Source of the DNA: a virus
Reading direction: 5' to 3' (one strand)
IMG/VR virus record: IMGVR_UViG_3300030104_005320
Coordinates: 32,001-96,000 of that record
DNA: 64,000 bases
Shown: piece after piece, positions 1 through 8,275 of the stretch
Position numbering within the stretch: position 1 is the stretch's first letter
Layout: the number at the start of each line of letters is the position of its first letter
Notes under the pieces: model-generated
What the model saw: only the letters and a program-made list of their open reading frames with translations
The model's database searches: none
Told to the model about the DNA's origin: nothing
Position numbers and translations under genes: made by a program

Positions 1-83
1 TAAGGTATATGGGCAACAAGCCCGGAGTTGTTTTAAAATCAAAAGATTTTCACAATTGGTTTGAAGAAAGAGACTGGTCGTGA
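1..83 (+). CDS. 3' end of a gene truncated by the window edge (...RYMGNKPGVVLKSKDFHNWFEERDWS*)
   Basis: Open frame from the window start to TGA at 81-83. Confidence 0.4.
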   Translation, partial: RYMGNKPGVVLKSKDFHNWFEERDWS

Positions 84-154
84 AAACAACAAAAGTAAAC
101 AAAGTTCACTTTGACAAAGCTGTATAATGTGTATTAGAAATAGAAAGGTTATAC

Positions 155-466
155 GTGCTTAATTCAGAAAGTGGCGAGATGGAGAAAACAAAATTACTAA
201 AAGCTATAAACTCTACATATGAACACAATATGGAAGAGGACCATATATGGGATTGTTATTGTGCTTTCTTGGGTCTTTTCTTAGAAGATGATATAATAAC
301 CACAAATTACCTTATAAACCTAATAGAATTAACTAGAGGCCAAAGACTTGTCTATAGAAATAAATTAGCGGAAATGGGCTTTGAATTAACCCCTAATGAA
401 CTAAATCAATACATATTCTTGCTTTTAATAGCTTTAAATGAATACATGGATTCTATAGACGTATAG
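155..466 (+). CDS. hypothetical protein
   Basis: 103-aa ORF; AGAAAGG RBS-like sequence upstream. Confidence 0.7.
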   Translation: MLNSESGEMEKTKLLKAINSTYEHNMEEDHIWDCYCAFLGLFLEDDIITTNYLINLIELTRGQRLVYRNKLAEMGFELTPNELNQYIFLLLIALNEYMDSIDV

Positions 467-483
467 ACTACAGGAGAGGAAAA

Positions 484-2139
484 TTGGCAAGACCTTGTAA
501 ATGTTGTAGAGGAGAGATTAGCTCGGTAAGTGTAAGTACGGTATCTGCTAGTAGTCCGTCTATATCTTCTGTTTCCGGCTCTAGCTCTAGTGCATCCGGT
601 TCCTCGTCTTCTTCCTCGTCTTCTTCTTCCTCTTCTTCAAGTCGTCCTAGTAGTAGCGAGCCTAGTAGTAGTCGGCCCAGTAGTAGTGAACCGAGTAGCA
701 GCCAGCCCAGCAGTAGCGATATAAGTAGCTCATCGTCTGACCCCTTGAAGTGTTGTCAAATAAAACTTAATTTCTTACCATCTTGCGGTTGCGATTTTTC
801 TTGCAGTTATCTCGATCCAAGATGTCCTGACGGTAGAATAATGTGTCGAGATGAACCAGTGGTTGAGTCTGATCCATGTTGCCCTGCACCTTACGATACA
901 TATCGTCAAATCTCTCGCTATGGGCCAGATGCGGGCTATTGCTGTTATGTTGGAATGGGTGCTGGCTGTAGTCAAGTAACTTGGAGACTTCTTGATTATG
1001 AATATGATTGCAGTAGTGGAGCTTTTACTGTAGAGGTAGAAAACTGTCCTTGGTTTTTCTTGTCGGGCGGTGCGATAAGTTTACCTGCGTATCCTTCTTT
1101 TGACAGATTTCCTAAACTTTTCGGCATGAACGCTAATGTTAGTTCGAATTTGACTGTCTCACTAGAAGGAGGAGGAACCGACCCACAGGCTTCTCCTTGT
1201 AACTACACTTCTTATAATGACCCCGTTGTAGCCATAGGGGGAGCACCCCCCAACGCATACACTCATGGGGCATGTATCGTAAATTTAAAATGGGAAGGCA
1301 CAACCACACCGCCTACAAAAGCTAACTGTGGGCGTGTTTGCGATTGTTCGATTGGAACAGGTTCGTCCCCAAGAAAGGTGTGCAGAAATGTTTATGGAGC
1401 ACAGTATGGTTGGCCTCTTGAGGATTGCGGCTATGAAGCCTGTGGATGGTTTTTCGGGATGCTTCCCGGCAGTCAGGACATAGACTATTATCAGCCTTTT
1501 GTCGATTTTGAACCGGGGCCAATTCCTCCCGAAACAAGTCCCGATCCACCAGATCCCTTTTACGCTACCTGCATGTCTCCTCGTTTCAGAACTGCCCACA
1601 CCCGCACCGGAAGATTTACTTGTGGTATAGAGGCTGCGGAGTGGGCTTATATTCACTGGAATTTTACCAGTGCAGAAATTTGCGATCCAGACGTGGAGTG
1701 CGGCGGATCGTCGATCGGACGAAATCTATTAGAGTTGCCGATTAGTAGTGCATTTTGTCAACAGGGATGTCAAGATGCAATGGGGTCATCAAACGAGGGC
1801 GGGACTGGTCCCGGTGGAGGCTTCGGCCAATGGCCACCAGAAGCCTACTCTTCTAATAGAGTTGAAGATTTTTTTGTATTAAGCTCATACGGCGAGCAAC
1901 TCAACAAAAAAAGATCGACAGGCTCAATAAGTAGTAATAGAATGAGTAAGGCAAAAAGAACTGATTGCGATCAGGGATCTTGTGTTTGGGAATGTGTTCA
2001 AGACGGCGACCAAACAAGTTACTCGCTACTGCTGGACGATAGCGACTGCCTAAGCAAAAACCAGCCCTGTGGATGTGGAGATACAGGCCCATGCGGTCCA
2101 TGTAACCCCGGAGACATAATTTTTACGGAGTGTATTTAA
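484..2139 (+). CDS. Ser-rich, Cys-rich protein (possible virion decoration or fibre protein)
   Basis: TTG start after GGAGAGGA; N-terminal PCKCC, long poly-Ser tract, about 40 Cys in 551 aa. Confidence 0.7.
   Translation: MARPCKCCRGEISSVSVSTVSASSPSISSVSGSSSSASGSSSSSSSSSSSSSSRPSSSEPSSSRPSSSEPSSSQPSSSDISSSSSDPLKCCQIKLNFLPSCGCDFSCSYLDPRCPDGRIMCRDEPVVESDPCCPAPYDTYRQISRYGPDAGYCCYVGMGAGCSQVTWRLLDYEYDCSSGAFTVEVENCPWFFLSGGAISLPAYPSFDRFPKLFGMNANVSSNLTVSLEGGGTDPQASPCNYTSYNDPVVAIGGAPPNAYTHGACIVNLKWEGTTTPPTKANCGRVCDCSIGTGSSPRKVCRNVYGAQYGWPLEDCGYEACGWFFGMLPGSQDIDYYQPFVDFEPGPIPPETSPDPPDPFYATCMSPRFRTAHTRTGRFTCGIEAAEWAYIHWNFTSAEICDPDVECGGSSIGRNLLELPISSAFCQQGCQDAMGSSNEGGTGPGGGFGQWPPEAYSSNRVEDFFVLSSYGEQLNKKRSTGSISSNRMSKAKRTDCDQGSCVWECVQDGDQTSYSLLLDDSDCLSKNQPCGCGDTGPCGPCNPGDIIFTECI
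643..717 (+). repeat. Five 15-nt units encoding (R/E/Q)PSSS, following a poly-Ser tract
   Basis: cgtcctagtagtagc gagcctagtagtagt cggcccagtagtagt gaaccgagtagcagc cagcccagcagtagc. Confidence 0.85.
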
Positions 2140-3476
2140 TGAACAAAATAATAGGAAATAAAGATTGGACTTTTGACGATGTTACTTGCGAGCATTTAGA
2201 CGAGAACAAGCACTGTAGAGTAGCCTCTAAAATGGCCAGATCGCCGGTAAGAACTACCCCATACAGTTGTTCGGTTTGCCTCAGTCGTGCCGACGCAAAA
2301 ACAGAACTTTGTCCAGCGATTCAAAAACTCGCAATCGTGGAAAAAAGAAGACAAAGAGAAAAAAGTATCGTAACCATAGAAGATAAACTAGGAACGGGGG
2401 TAGGTACTGAGCTTCATAAAATAATACCAACATTCCTAGAAAGAAAAAACTGTAGCTGCAACAGCTTCGCAAAAAAAATGAATGTCTGGGGGCCAGACAT
2501 GTGTGAAAAAAACAGAGAACATATCATTCAACATCTGGTTAACGAATCTAAAAAAAGATCCCTGTTCTCTTGGGTTCCTGAGACGGCAACAAAACTGGTC
2601 GCAGAAAAACTCTTGAACACAGCAATAACAAAGGCTAAATTCAAAGCCAAAAAAACACAAGACTCAGACGAAAAATGGTTCTGTGCTGTAACAACTGCAC
2701 CCAGAGAAATACCTACAATCAAAACATGCCTAGAGTCTTTACAAATAGCTGGATTTGAACCGTTTGTATTTGCCGAACCCGGAAGCCCCGATCTACCATT
2801 GGAGTTTAAAGAAACCACAATAAGAAACAAAAAGAAAAAGGGAGTATGGCATAATTGGCTTGATAGTATTCGTTATGCACTTAACAATAGTGATGCAAAC
2901 ATAATAATGACGGTGCAGGACGATTCTCTTTTTCACCCAGACTCTAAATCGTTTACTGAAAGTATTTTATGGCCACACAAAAAGGTAGGATTTGTTTCAC
3001 TTTATACACCCAAACATTATAACATCAAGCCACACAAAAAAACAGCATTGCGTGACTGTGGAATCAATAGAGTTATAACTAAATCTTTATGGGGTGCATG
3101 TGCTTTGGTTTGGCCTAGAAAGGTTTTGGAAGAATTGCTCGAACAAGACCTGACTAAAAATTGGGAGGGAGCACCAACAAAAACTAAAAACTCTACGGTA
3201 ATGCAAAAACGAAGAGAAGACCCGTCGTTAGTTCAGAACAGCGATACAGCTATAGGAAAACTAATGAACCGAATGGGTAGAACAATGTGGTTTATGGACC
3301 CATCGCCCGTAAATCATTTTGCTACAACTTCAGCAGCTAGTCACGGAGGCAACAAAGGTAGAAGAAATTGCGGAAGATGTGCAGAGTGGAGCAAGTCTCT
3401 TGAAGATCAAATACCGCTACTTACCAACGGTCAAGAGTTGCCAGAAAAAGTTTCTTACAAAAATATAATACCATAA
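2130..3476 (+). CDS. Cys-containing N-terminal domain fused to a GT-A-like (glycosyltransferase-like) C-terminal domain
   Basis: C-terminal AVTTAPRE..TIKTCLESL, VQDD motif and LWGACALVW pattern resemble a GT-A fold. Confidence 0.5.
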   Translation: MYLMNKIIGNKDWTFDDVTCEHLDENKHCRVASKMARSPVRTTPYSCSVCLSRADAKTELCPAIQKLAIVEKRRQREKSIVTIEDKLGTGVGTELHKIIPTFLERKNCSCNSFAKKMNVWGPDMCEKNREHIIQHLVNESKKRSLFSWVPETATKLVAEKLLNTAITKAKFKAKKTQDSDEKWFCAVTTAPREIPTIKTCLESLQIAGFEPFVFAEPGSPDLPLEFKETTIRNKKKKGVWHNWLDSIRYALNNSDANIIMTVQDDSLFHPDSKSFTESILWPHKKVGFVSLYTPKHYNIKPHKKTALRDCGINRVITKSLWGACALVWPRKVLEELLEQDLTKNWEGAPTKTKNSTVMQKRREDPSLVQNSDTAIGKLMNRMGRTMWFMDPSPVNHFATTSAASHGGNKGRRNCGRCAEWSKSLEDQIPLLTNGQELPEKVSYKNIIP

Positions 3477-3485
3477 GGATTTCGT

Positions 3486-5483
3486 ATGAACATCTCAATC
3501 GATCAACAGTGGCTAGACGAAAACAAACAAGAATGGGGCGGCTGGATACTGGGCGAGGAGGGTGCTACATACATTCTTGAAACAAATGTGACTGCCCCTA
3601 GAACAGCATTTGCTCTTGGTGCGGACAACATAACACTAGACATACAAGACAAGACAATAAAATTTGGCTGTGAGTCTGAGATAATAGTTCCTAATTTTGA
3701 TTTTGAAAATCGAATAAGGGGCTGGAGAAATTTTTCAGGTGAGTCTCCAACATGGCAGACTAATTGCGAATATATTAAACAGGAATGTCAAACTGGAGAT
3801 TCGGCAGCAACAATCCCAGTAGTAGAGCCCGGAAAAGAATACGCAATAAAGTCAAACAAATACTTTGACCTCAAAGCTGGACACACATACGCCCTAGCAC
3901 ACTGGGATATAAGAAGGCCAGCAGGCACAAAGCTTCCCAAGTGTCTTGTGAGAACACAAATCGGCGATCTAGATCCCGCAAGAGGCCCAAGAAAAGATAA
4001 GCCCGGAACAACAAACTATTCCATCTTTATGCCAGAAGAAGATATGTCGGGTCCGATAAAGTTTTTTATATCAATACCTGAAGACGAAGAAGAATCTGGC
4101 TTCTATAGAATGGATAACGTGCTTTTGTCTTATAGTCGTTGTCACGGAATAACGGGCAGGGGCAGTAACTACCATTGGAATAACGCTGCTCCAGACTTAC
4201 CGATCACCAACGAATACAAAAGAGCTTTGTATGGATTTACCTTAAAGTCTGGCAGGCGTAGTAGAATTGTTCAGGGTGGTGCTGGATTTGGTGGATGCTG
4301 CATAAATCTTAAATCATCCAAGCAATGCAATATAAGTGGTGTTGTATACATGGCGACACATCCCAGAAGCGTCAACGAAGAAATGGGAAAGTGTATAATG
4401 AGCCAATATGCTACAGATCTAACAATAGATCCAAGAGTTAGATTAAACAATAGGGCCATAGCTAACACTAGTAGACAGGGCCACTATGGGTACAATCATC
4501 ATGGAGGCACTATGCAGGGCAATTGTGATATTGGAGTCAACTCACTGGGTGGAAACCAAGGTGCTGCCAGTCTTGGACTAAAAAAAGATAGTGATGGAAC
4601 ATTAACTGTAAGCGGAAAAGGAAAGGTTCAAACAAGGTTTACTAACGGTTTCTTTCTCATGATTCAAGAGGGCGGCCCTTTCAGTAGTACAATTGTCGAA
4701 AATATAAATGTTGATAATATGCAAAATGGTTTTGGTGGCAGGGGTGTGCATTGGAAGGGATATAGTCACGAGGCTTCTGGTGTTAATACTTTGAGAAACT
4801 GCAACATATCCACTAAAGGTCTGCCTTTAAATCAAGAATACGGAACCAACAATAATGGATACAGCCTTGGAGGTTGTTATGGAATACAAGTCGAGCAAAT
4901 CGCAAGTAATCTTGTTATAGAAAATAATTTTGTTTCTGTTAAGGGTCTAAGTGAATCTGCCGCATACAGACTTTCTACCCATAAAGATCATAAGTATCCG
5001 CTGGTATGTACTACTGTAAACAATACGTTTGAGGCACTGCATGACAATCCCGCCAATATGGAAGAATATATTGGTGGTAAAAGGGCAGCGGTCTTTAAGC
5101 CTTATGGCATAATAGGAGAGAATCTTGGTCCACAAAAAGGAAATAAATTTGTATTTAATGATTGCTTAATTAATTTCGAGGGCTATAATAGTGGTATAAT
5201 ATTATTTGAAGATACTACTATTGAATATGTAGACGAAAAATCTCCCCATGCTAGTGCTTATCAAGTATCCTACGCGGGAGGTGGAACCGTAGAGTTTAAA
5301 AACACAACCTTTGTAGGATCTGGAACTTGGGAAAGATTAACTGCACAGGTAGACTTAGAGCCAAACCTTAACCATGCTAAACAAGACATCATAGTTAAAT
5401 ATACAGACGTGAACGGTCAATTGTTATACATGGTTTCCGGAAACCACATAACTAAACAGACACACCATATATTCCCAACTTAA
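3486..5483 (+). CDS. right-handed beta-helix (pectin lyase-like) protein with a possible carbohydrate-binding insertion
   Basis: YILETNV..FALGADNITLDI helix cap; repeated N/I/G-rich rungs (LVIENNFV, TVNNTFE, FKNTTF); NFDFE..GW CBM-like segment. Confidence 0.55.
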   Translation: MNISIDQQWLDENKQEWGGWILGEEGATYILETNVTAPRTAFALGADNITLDIQDKTIKFGCESEIIVPNFDFENRIRGWRNFSGESPTWQTNCEYIKQECQTGDSAATIPVVEPGKEYAIKSNKYFDLKAGHTYALAHWDIRRPAGTKLPKCLVRTQIGDLDPARGPRKDKPGTTNYSIFMPEEDMSGPIKFFISIPEDEEESGFYRMDNVLLSYSRCHGITGRGSNYHWNNAAPDLPITNEYKRALYGFTLKSGRRSRIVQGGAGFGGCCINLKSSKQCNISGVVYMATHPRSVNEEMGKCIMSQYATDLTIDPRVRLNNRAIANTSRQGHYGYNHHGGTMQGNCDIGVNSLGGNQGAASLGLKKDSDGTLTVSGKGKVQTRFTNGFFLMIQEGGPFSSTIVENINVDNMQNGFGGRGVHWKGYSHEASGVNTLRNCNISTKGLPLNQEYGTNNNGYSLGGCYGIQVEQIASNLVIENNFVSVKGLSESAAYRLSTHKDHKYPLVCTTVNNTFEALHDNPANMEEYIGGKRAAVFKPYGIIGENLGPQKGNKFVFNDCLINFEGYNSGIILFEDTTIEYVDEKSPHASAYQVSYAGGGTVEFKNTTFVGSGTWERLTAQVDLEPNLNHAKQDIIVKYTDVNGQLLYMVSGNHITKQTHHIFPT

Positions 5484-5492
5484 ATGAATAAA

Positions 5493-5503
5493 TTGTGTAT
5501 GTA
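5493..5503 (+). promoter_or_regulatory. TGTGTAT(A/G) motif copy (putative phage-specific promoter)
   Basis: TTGTGTATGTA in intergenic DNA about 40 nt upstream of ORF 5544. Confidence 0.45.
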
Positions 5504-5543
5504 ATGGCGTTAAACCTAACCTTATTTTAATACAGGAAAAACA

Positions 5544-5753
5544 ATGTTACGACGAGACTCTGGATTGACAGACAGTCAGTTCATGGAGGCACAAAAAATG
5601 GTTCACGGAAGACATAAAAAAATATCTCAAGAATACGAAGATAGTATAAAAAAGACTAATGAAAAAATATTAAAGGAGAGGCTTGAAAGCAAATCTACTC
5701 AACCTCAAAACAAGACTTCACTATGGGACATGGTAACAGGATTATTTAAATGA
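5544..5753 (+). CDS. hypothetical protein
   Basis: 69-aa ORF with AGGA RBS; overlaps the next start (ATGA). Confidence 0.6.
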   Translation: MLRRDSGLTDSQFMEAQKMVHGRHKKISQEYEDSIKKTNEKILKERLESKSTQPQNKTSLWDMVTGLFK

Positions 5754-6124
5754 AAGTAATTATTGCTGGTGGTAGCACGTTTGAAGATTTAAACTTTATG
5801 CTAGACTCTATTCAACATGAGCTTGACGATATAAACATCATCGTTTCTGGAAGAAGTTTTGGTGCAGACGCAATAGCAGAAAAGCTGGCTAGTAGTTATG
5901 CTAAAGACTTAGAACTTTTCCCTGCTAACTGGGGCAAGTATGGAGAAAATGCCGGATACGACAGATGGCTCAAAGTTTTTAAAACGCAGGACATCGATAA
6001 GGTTATATTATTTTGGAATGGGAAAAGCTTGGGTACTAAAACTCTAAAAATTTTAGCTAGAGAGTTTGACATTCCCTGTGACGTGTATTATTATGAAGAA
6101 CGACAAAGCGGATATCCCGCTTGA
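5750..6124 (+). CDS. SLOG-superfamily (YspA/DUF2493-like) protein
   Basis: MKVIIAGG..F.D, IVSG..GAD, FPANWGKYG..AG, FWNGKSLGT motifs. Confidence 0.8.
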   Translation: MKVIIAGGSTFEDLNFMLDSIQHELDDINIIVSGRSFGADAIAEKLASSYAKDLELFPANWGKYGENAGYDRWLKVFKTQDIDKVILFWNGKSLGTKTLKILAREFDIPCDVYYYEERQSGYPA

Positions 6125-6134
6125 AGGATAACTA

Positions 6135-7052
6135 ATGATAAAAATAAAGCCAGTAAATAACAGAGAAAGTGATGTAACCGACCTTAGCAATATTCAATAT
6201 CATCTCGATGTACTTTCTAGATCGGCTAAAGAAAAAAATAAAAATGAAACACTAGTCTTACAGGATGGCGTATACTATTTAAACGGTCCCTTGACGATAT
6301 CTGGCCATGTCAGCCTAGTTAGCGAAGGCAGGGGCAGGAGATCGGTTAGATTGGTCTTTACTGATCCGCAAAGCGATACGGCCTTGGTTACAGTAAAAAA
6401 CTGCAACGGTATTGTCTTTGATGGTATAAACATAAAAGCTTTTGGCGATGCCAACAGAGTCATTGGGCTTTTAAGCGAAAGTAATTCCTCTGCCACATTT
6501 AGTAATTTTGATATACAACTACAGTTAGGATTTGATTGTGTTGGCCTCAAGCATCGGCGTAATAAAATATGGGGAGAATCTTGCATCTATGAGAAGTTTG
6601 ACATAAGATCAGATGGTTCGTGTGTCGAAATACAAGGAGGAGACAATAATCAGTTTAGAGATTTTGATTGTACCGCCGGAACAAAAGTTCATCAGATGAT
6701 ATCTTCTGTATTTAAGTTTGCTGACAATTCTGTTCCGCACAATATTGTTATTGGCCCCGGAACTGGACAAAAGGGAGATCACGCTTACTACTGCAACTCT
6801 GTTTCCGATTCTATTTCAGGTGGCTTGATTACCTTTAGAGATTATAGATGGGAACAGCCTTCGTCTAAAGATACTGTAGCCTTCCTGCACACACCAAAAA
6901 GAAAAGACGGCAAACCGGGACATGTCACAGAAAGAGTTAATTTTATAGGGTGTAGAAACTCTAGAGTTAATCAGGCAGTTAAAATTGAAAACACTTTAAG
7001 AACTAGAATTATCGGCTGCTTTTTAGATGGTCAAAAGGATTTAGGTAAATGA
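6135..7052 (+). CDS. pectin lyase-fold beta-helix protein
   Basis: LVLQDGVYYLNGPLTISGHVSLVSEG is a typical beta-helix N-cap; repeated strand rungs follow. Confidence 0.6.
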   Translation: MIKIKPVNNRESDVTDLSNIQYHLDVLSRSAKEKNKNETLVLQDGVYYLNGPLTISGHVSLVSEGRGRRSVRLVFTDPQSDTALVTVKNCNGIVFDGINIKAFGDANRVIGLLSESNSSATFSNFDIQLQLGFDCVGLKHRRNKIWGESCIYEKFDIRSDGSCVEIQGGDNNQFRDFDCTAGTKVHQMISSVFKFADNSVPHNIVIGPGTGQKGDHAYYCNSVSDSISGGLITFRDYRWEQPSSKDTVAFLHTPKRKDGKPGHVTERVNFIGCRNSRVNQAVKIENTLRTRIIGCFLDGQKDLGK

Positions 7053-7519
7053 TAGATAAAAAAGATGCGTGGCATATGCTTTCTGTATGGGCCGCAGTAA
7101 AAATTGTTATAGCTATTGTAGTGCTATCGGTTATATTTTATTTCAACATGCCCACACAGACAGATGAAATATTCGGTGCTCCACGACATGGAACCGAGAG
7201 ATATTGGCAAGATGTAATTCACGAAGAACTTTCACAAAGAGACGGGTGGGGTTCTATCGAAAAAGAATACCGGCTAGACGATGGGACTAGGGTTGATTTG
7301 CTTCTCGAAAATGAGGCATGTGAGATTGACTGGGCCGATAAGTGGGCCGAAGGCGTAGGTCAATCAATTTATTATGGACTAAAAACCCGTAGAGGGCCGC
7401 TGGTTATTTTGCTTGCCAAGAAAGATGGCTGGGAAAAATACAGAGACAGGGTTGAATACTGCGGGGTAAATTGTTGGGTTTATGACACTAGAATAGAAGA
7501 TTGGGTTGACAAAGAATGA
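7049..7519 (+). CDS. membrane-anchored PD-(D/E)XK restriction-endonuclease-like protein
   Basis: N-terminal hydrophobic helix; EYRLDDGTRVDLL...EIDW....EGVGQSIYY core. Confidence 0.6.
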   Translation: MIDKKDAWHMLSVWAAVKIVIAIVVLSVIFYFNMPTQTDEIFGAPRHGTERYWQDVIHEELSQRDGWGSIEKEYRLDDGTRVDLLLENEACEIDWADKWAEGVGQSIYYGLKTRRGPLVILLAKKDGWEKYRDRVEYCGVNCWVYDTRIEDWVDKE

Positions 7520-7632
7520 TTACTGTTTTATCATGTGGACAATGCTGGCTTGGTATATCCCAGATATTAACCTTAGCCTTGATTTTTAGCGGGTCTGCTG
7601 TATATTGGATTAAAGAATTTTTTAAAAAGTAG
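7516..7632 (+). CDS. small membrane protein (MITVLSCGQCWLGISQILTLALIFSGSAVYWIKEFFKK), not in the ORF track
   Basis: ATGA overlap with the upstream stop; CxxC plus hydrophobic helix and basic tail; TAG at 7630-7632. Confidence 0.45.
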   Translation: MITVLSCGQCWLGISQILTLALIFSGSAVYWIKEFFKK

Positions 7633-7900
7633 CATGGCAGTTTGCCTGCCTAAACATGTAGATGTTATTATTGATGTTGTGACGGACGCGGGGGCAGTAC
7701 CCGCCACCTCCACTTCCCAGTCAAACGCTAGGGGGGTGAAACAGATTCGACGTGCGGCGTGATATAATAATTGCATGTGTTGGTTGATCTAAGGGCCAAC
7801 TAAAAAATAGATCAAAACTTTTAAATGCTGAACCTTGTTTAGCTTTGGCTGCGTAAAAACAGTCCGGGGGGTTGCCCGCCCTTGCTATCCAAACGGGCTT
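7633..7900 (+). ncRNA. ssrA: circularly permuted (two-piece) tmRNA; tag (A)AEPCLALAA; outer boundaries approximate
   Basis: Acceptor piece comes first: TAAACATGTAG, T-arm GCGGG-GGCAGTA-CCCGC (7688-7704), acceptor strand CACCTCC-A (7705-7712). A 19-nt spacer follows, then the coding piece GGGGGTG-AAACAGATTCGAC (from 7732) with a G3.U70 pair, helix 2, pseudoknot 1, and tag ORF 7827-7856. Confidence 0.93.
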
Positions 7901-8149
7901 TTATTCACATATTGAGAGGTTTGTTATAATGCTTCCGTTTTTGTCAAATTCTACAGGATTATCCAACACCCATTGATCTACACATTCTTTATGAAGAAAT
8001 GTCTCACCGGACAGTATAGACAGCATCCTAGCCACTAGAGGCTCGCTATACACCATTTTTTGCTCGCACTGGATACAGTTCGGGCTTGATTTAATCAAGA
8101 ATAACAAGCATACTACAGCAATAACTATATAGACCATGTATTTTTTCAT
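7901..8149 (-). CDS. small membrane protein with CxxC and HxxC (possible Zn binding)
   Basis: Only convincing minus-strand gene; GAGGAG RBS at 8156-8161 on the minus strand; N-terminal TM helix. Confidence 0.7.
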   Translation of the reverse strand: MKKYMVYIVIAVVCLLFLIKSSPNCIQCEQKMVYSEPLVARMLSILSGETFLHKECVDQWVLDNPVEFDKNGSIITNLSICE

Positions 8150-8176
8150 TTTCGTCTCCTCGTTGGTTGGCTACGA

Positions 8177-8187
8177 TATATACACAA
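8177..8187 (-). promoter_or_regulatory. TTGTGTATATA motif copy upstream of the minus-strand gene
   Basis: tatatacacaa on + reads TTGTGTATATA on -, oriented with gene 7901-8149. Confidence 0.5.
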
Positions 8188-8242
8188 CACGCCCCCTAAA
8201 TACGGTTAAGATAAAATTAATTTATTTTTTTTAAAGAATATG

Positions 8243-8271
8243 TTGGCAATTTGACGATATTGATATATAAT
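8243..8271 (+). promoter_or_regulatory. sigma70-type promoter
   Basis: TTGGCA-N17-TATAAT preceded by an AT-rich UP-like tract. Confidence 0.6.
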
Positions 8272-8275
8272 CATT

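Noticed and set aside
7579-7606. TTGATT-N16-TATATT as the tmRNA promoter
   Set aside because: Plausible, but the spacer is suboptimal and it lies inside the small ORF 7516-7632; not supportable without TSS data
7684-7713. tRNA gene, or an attP copy of a host tRNA/ssrA 3' end
   Set aside because: There is no anticodon arm; the matching 5' half, pseudoknot and tag frame follow downstream, so it is a whole permuted tmRNA. No integrase is seen in the window
7573-7776. 67-aa minus-strand ORF in the track
   Set aside because: It is antisense to the tmRNA structure, has no RBS or recognisable motif, and is best explained as a shadow ORF
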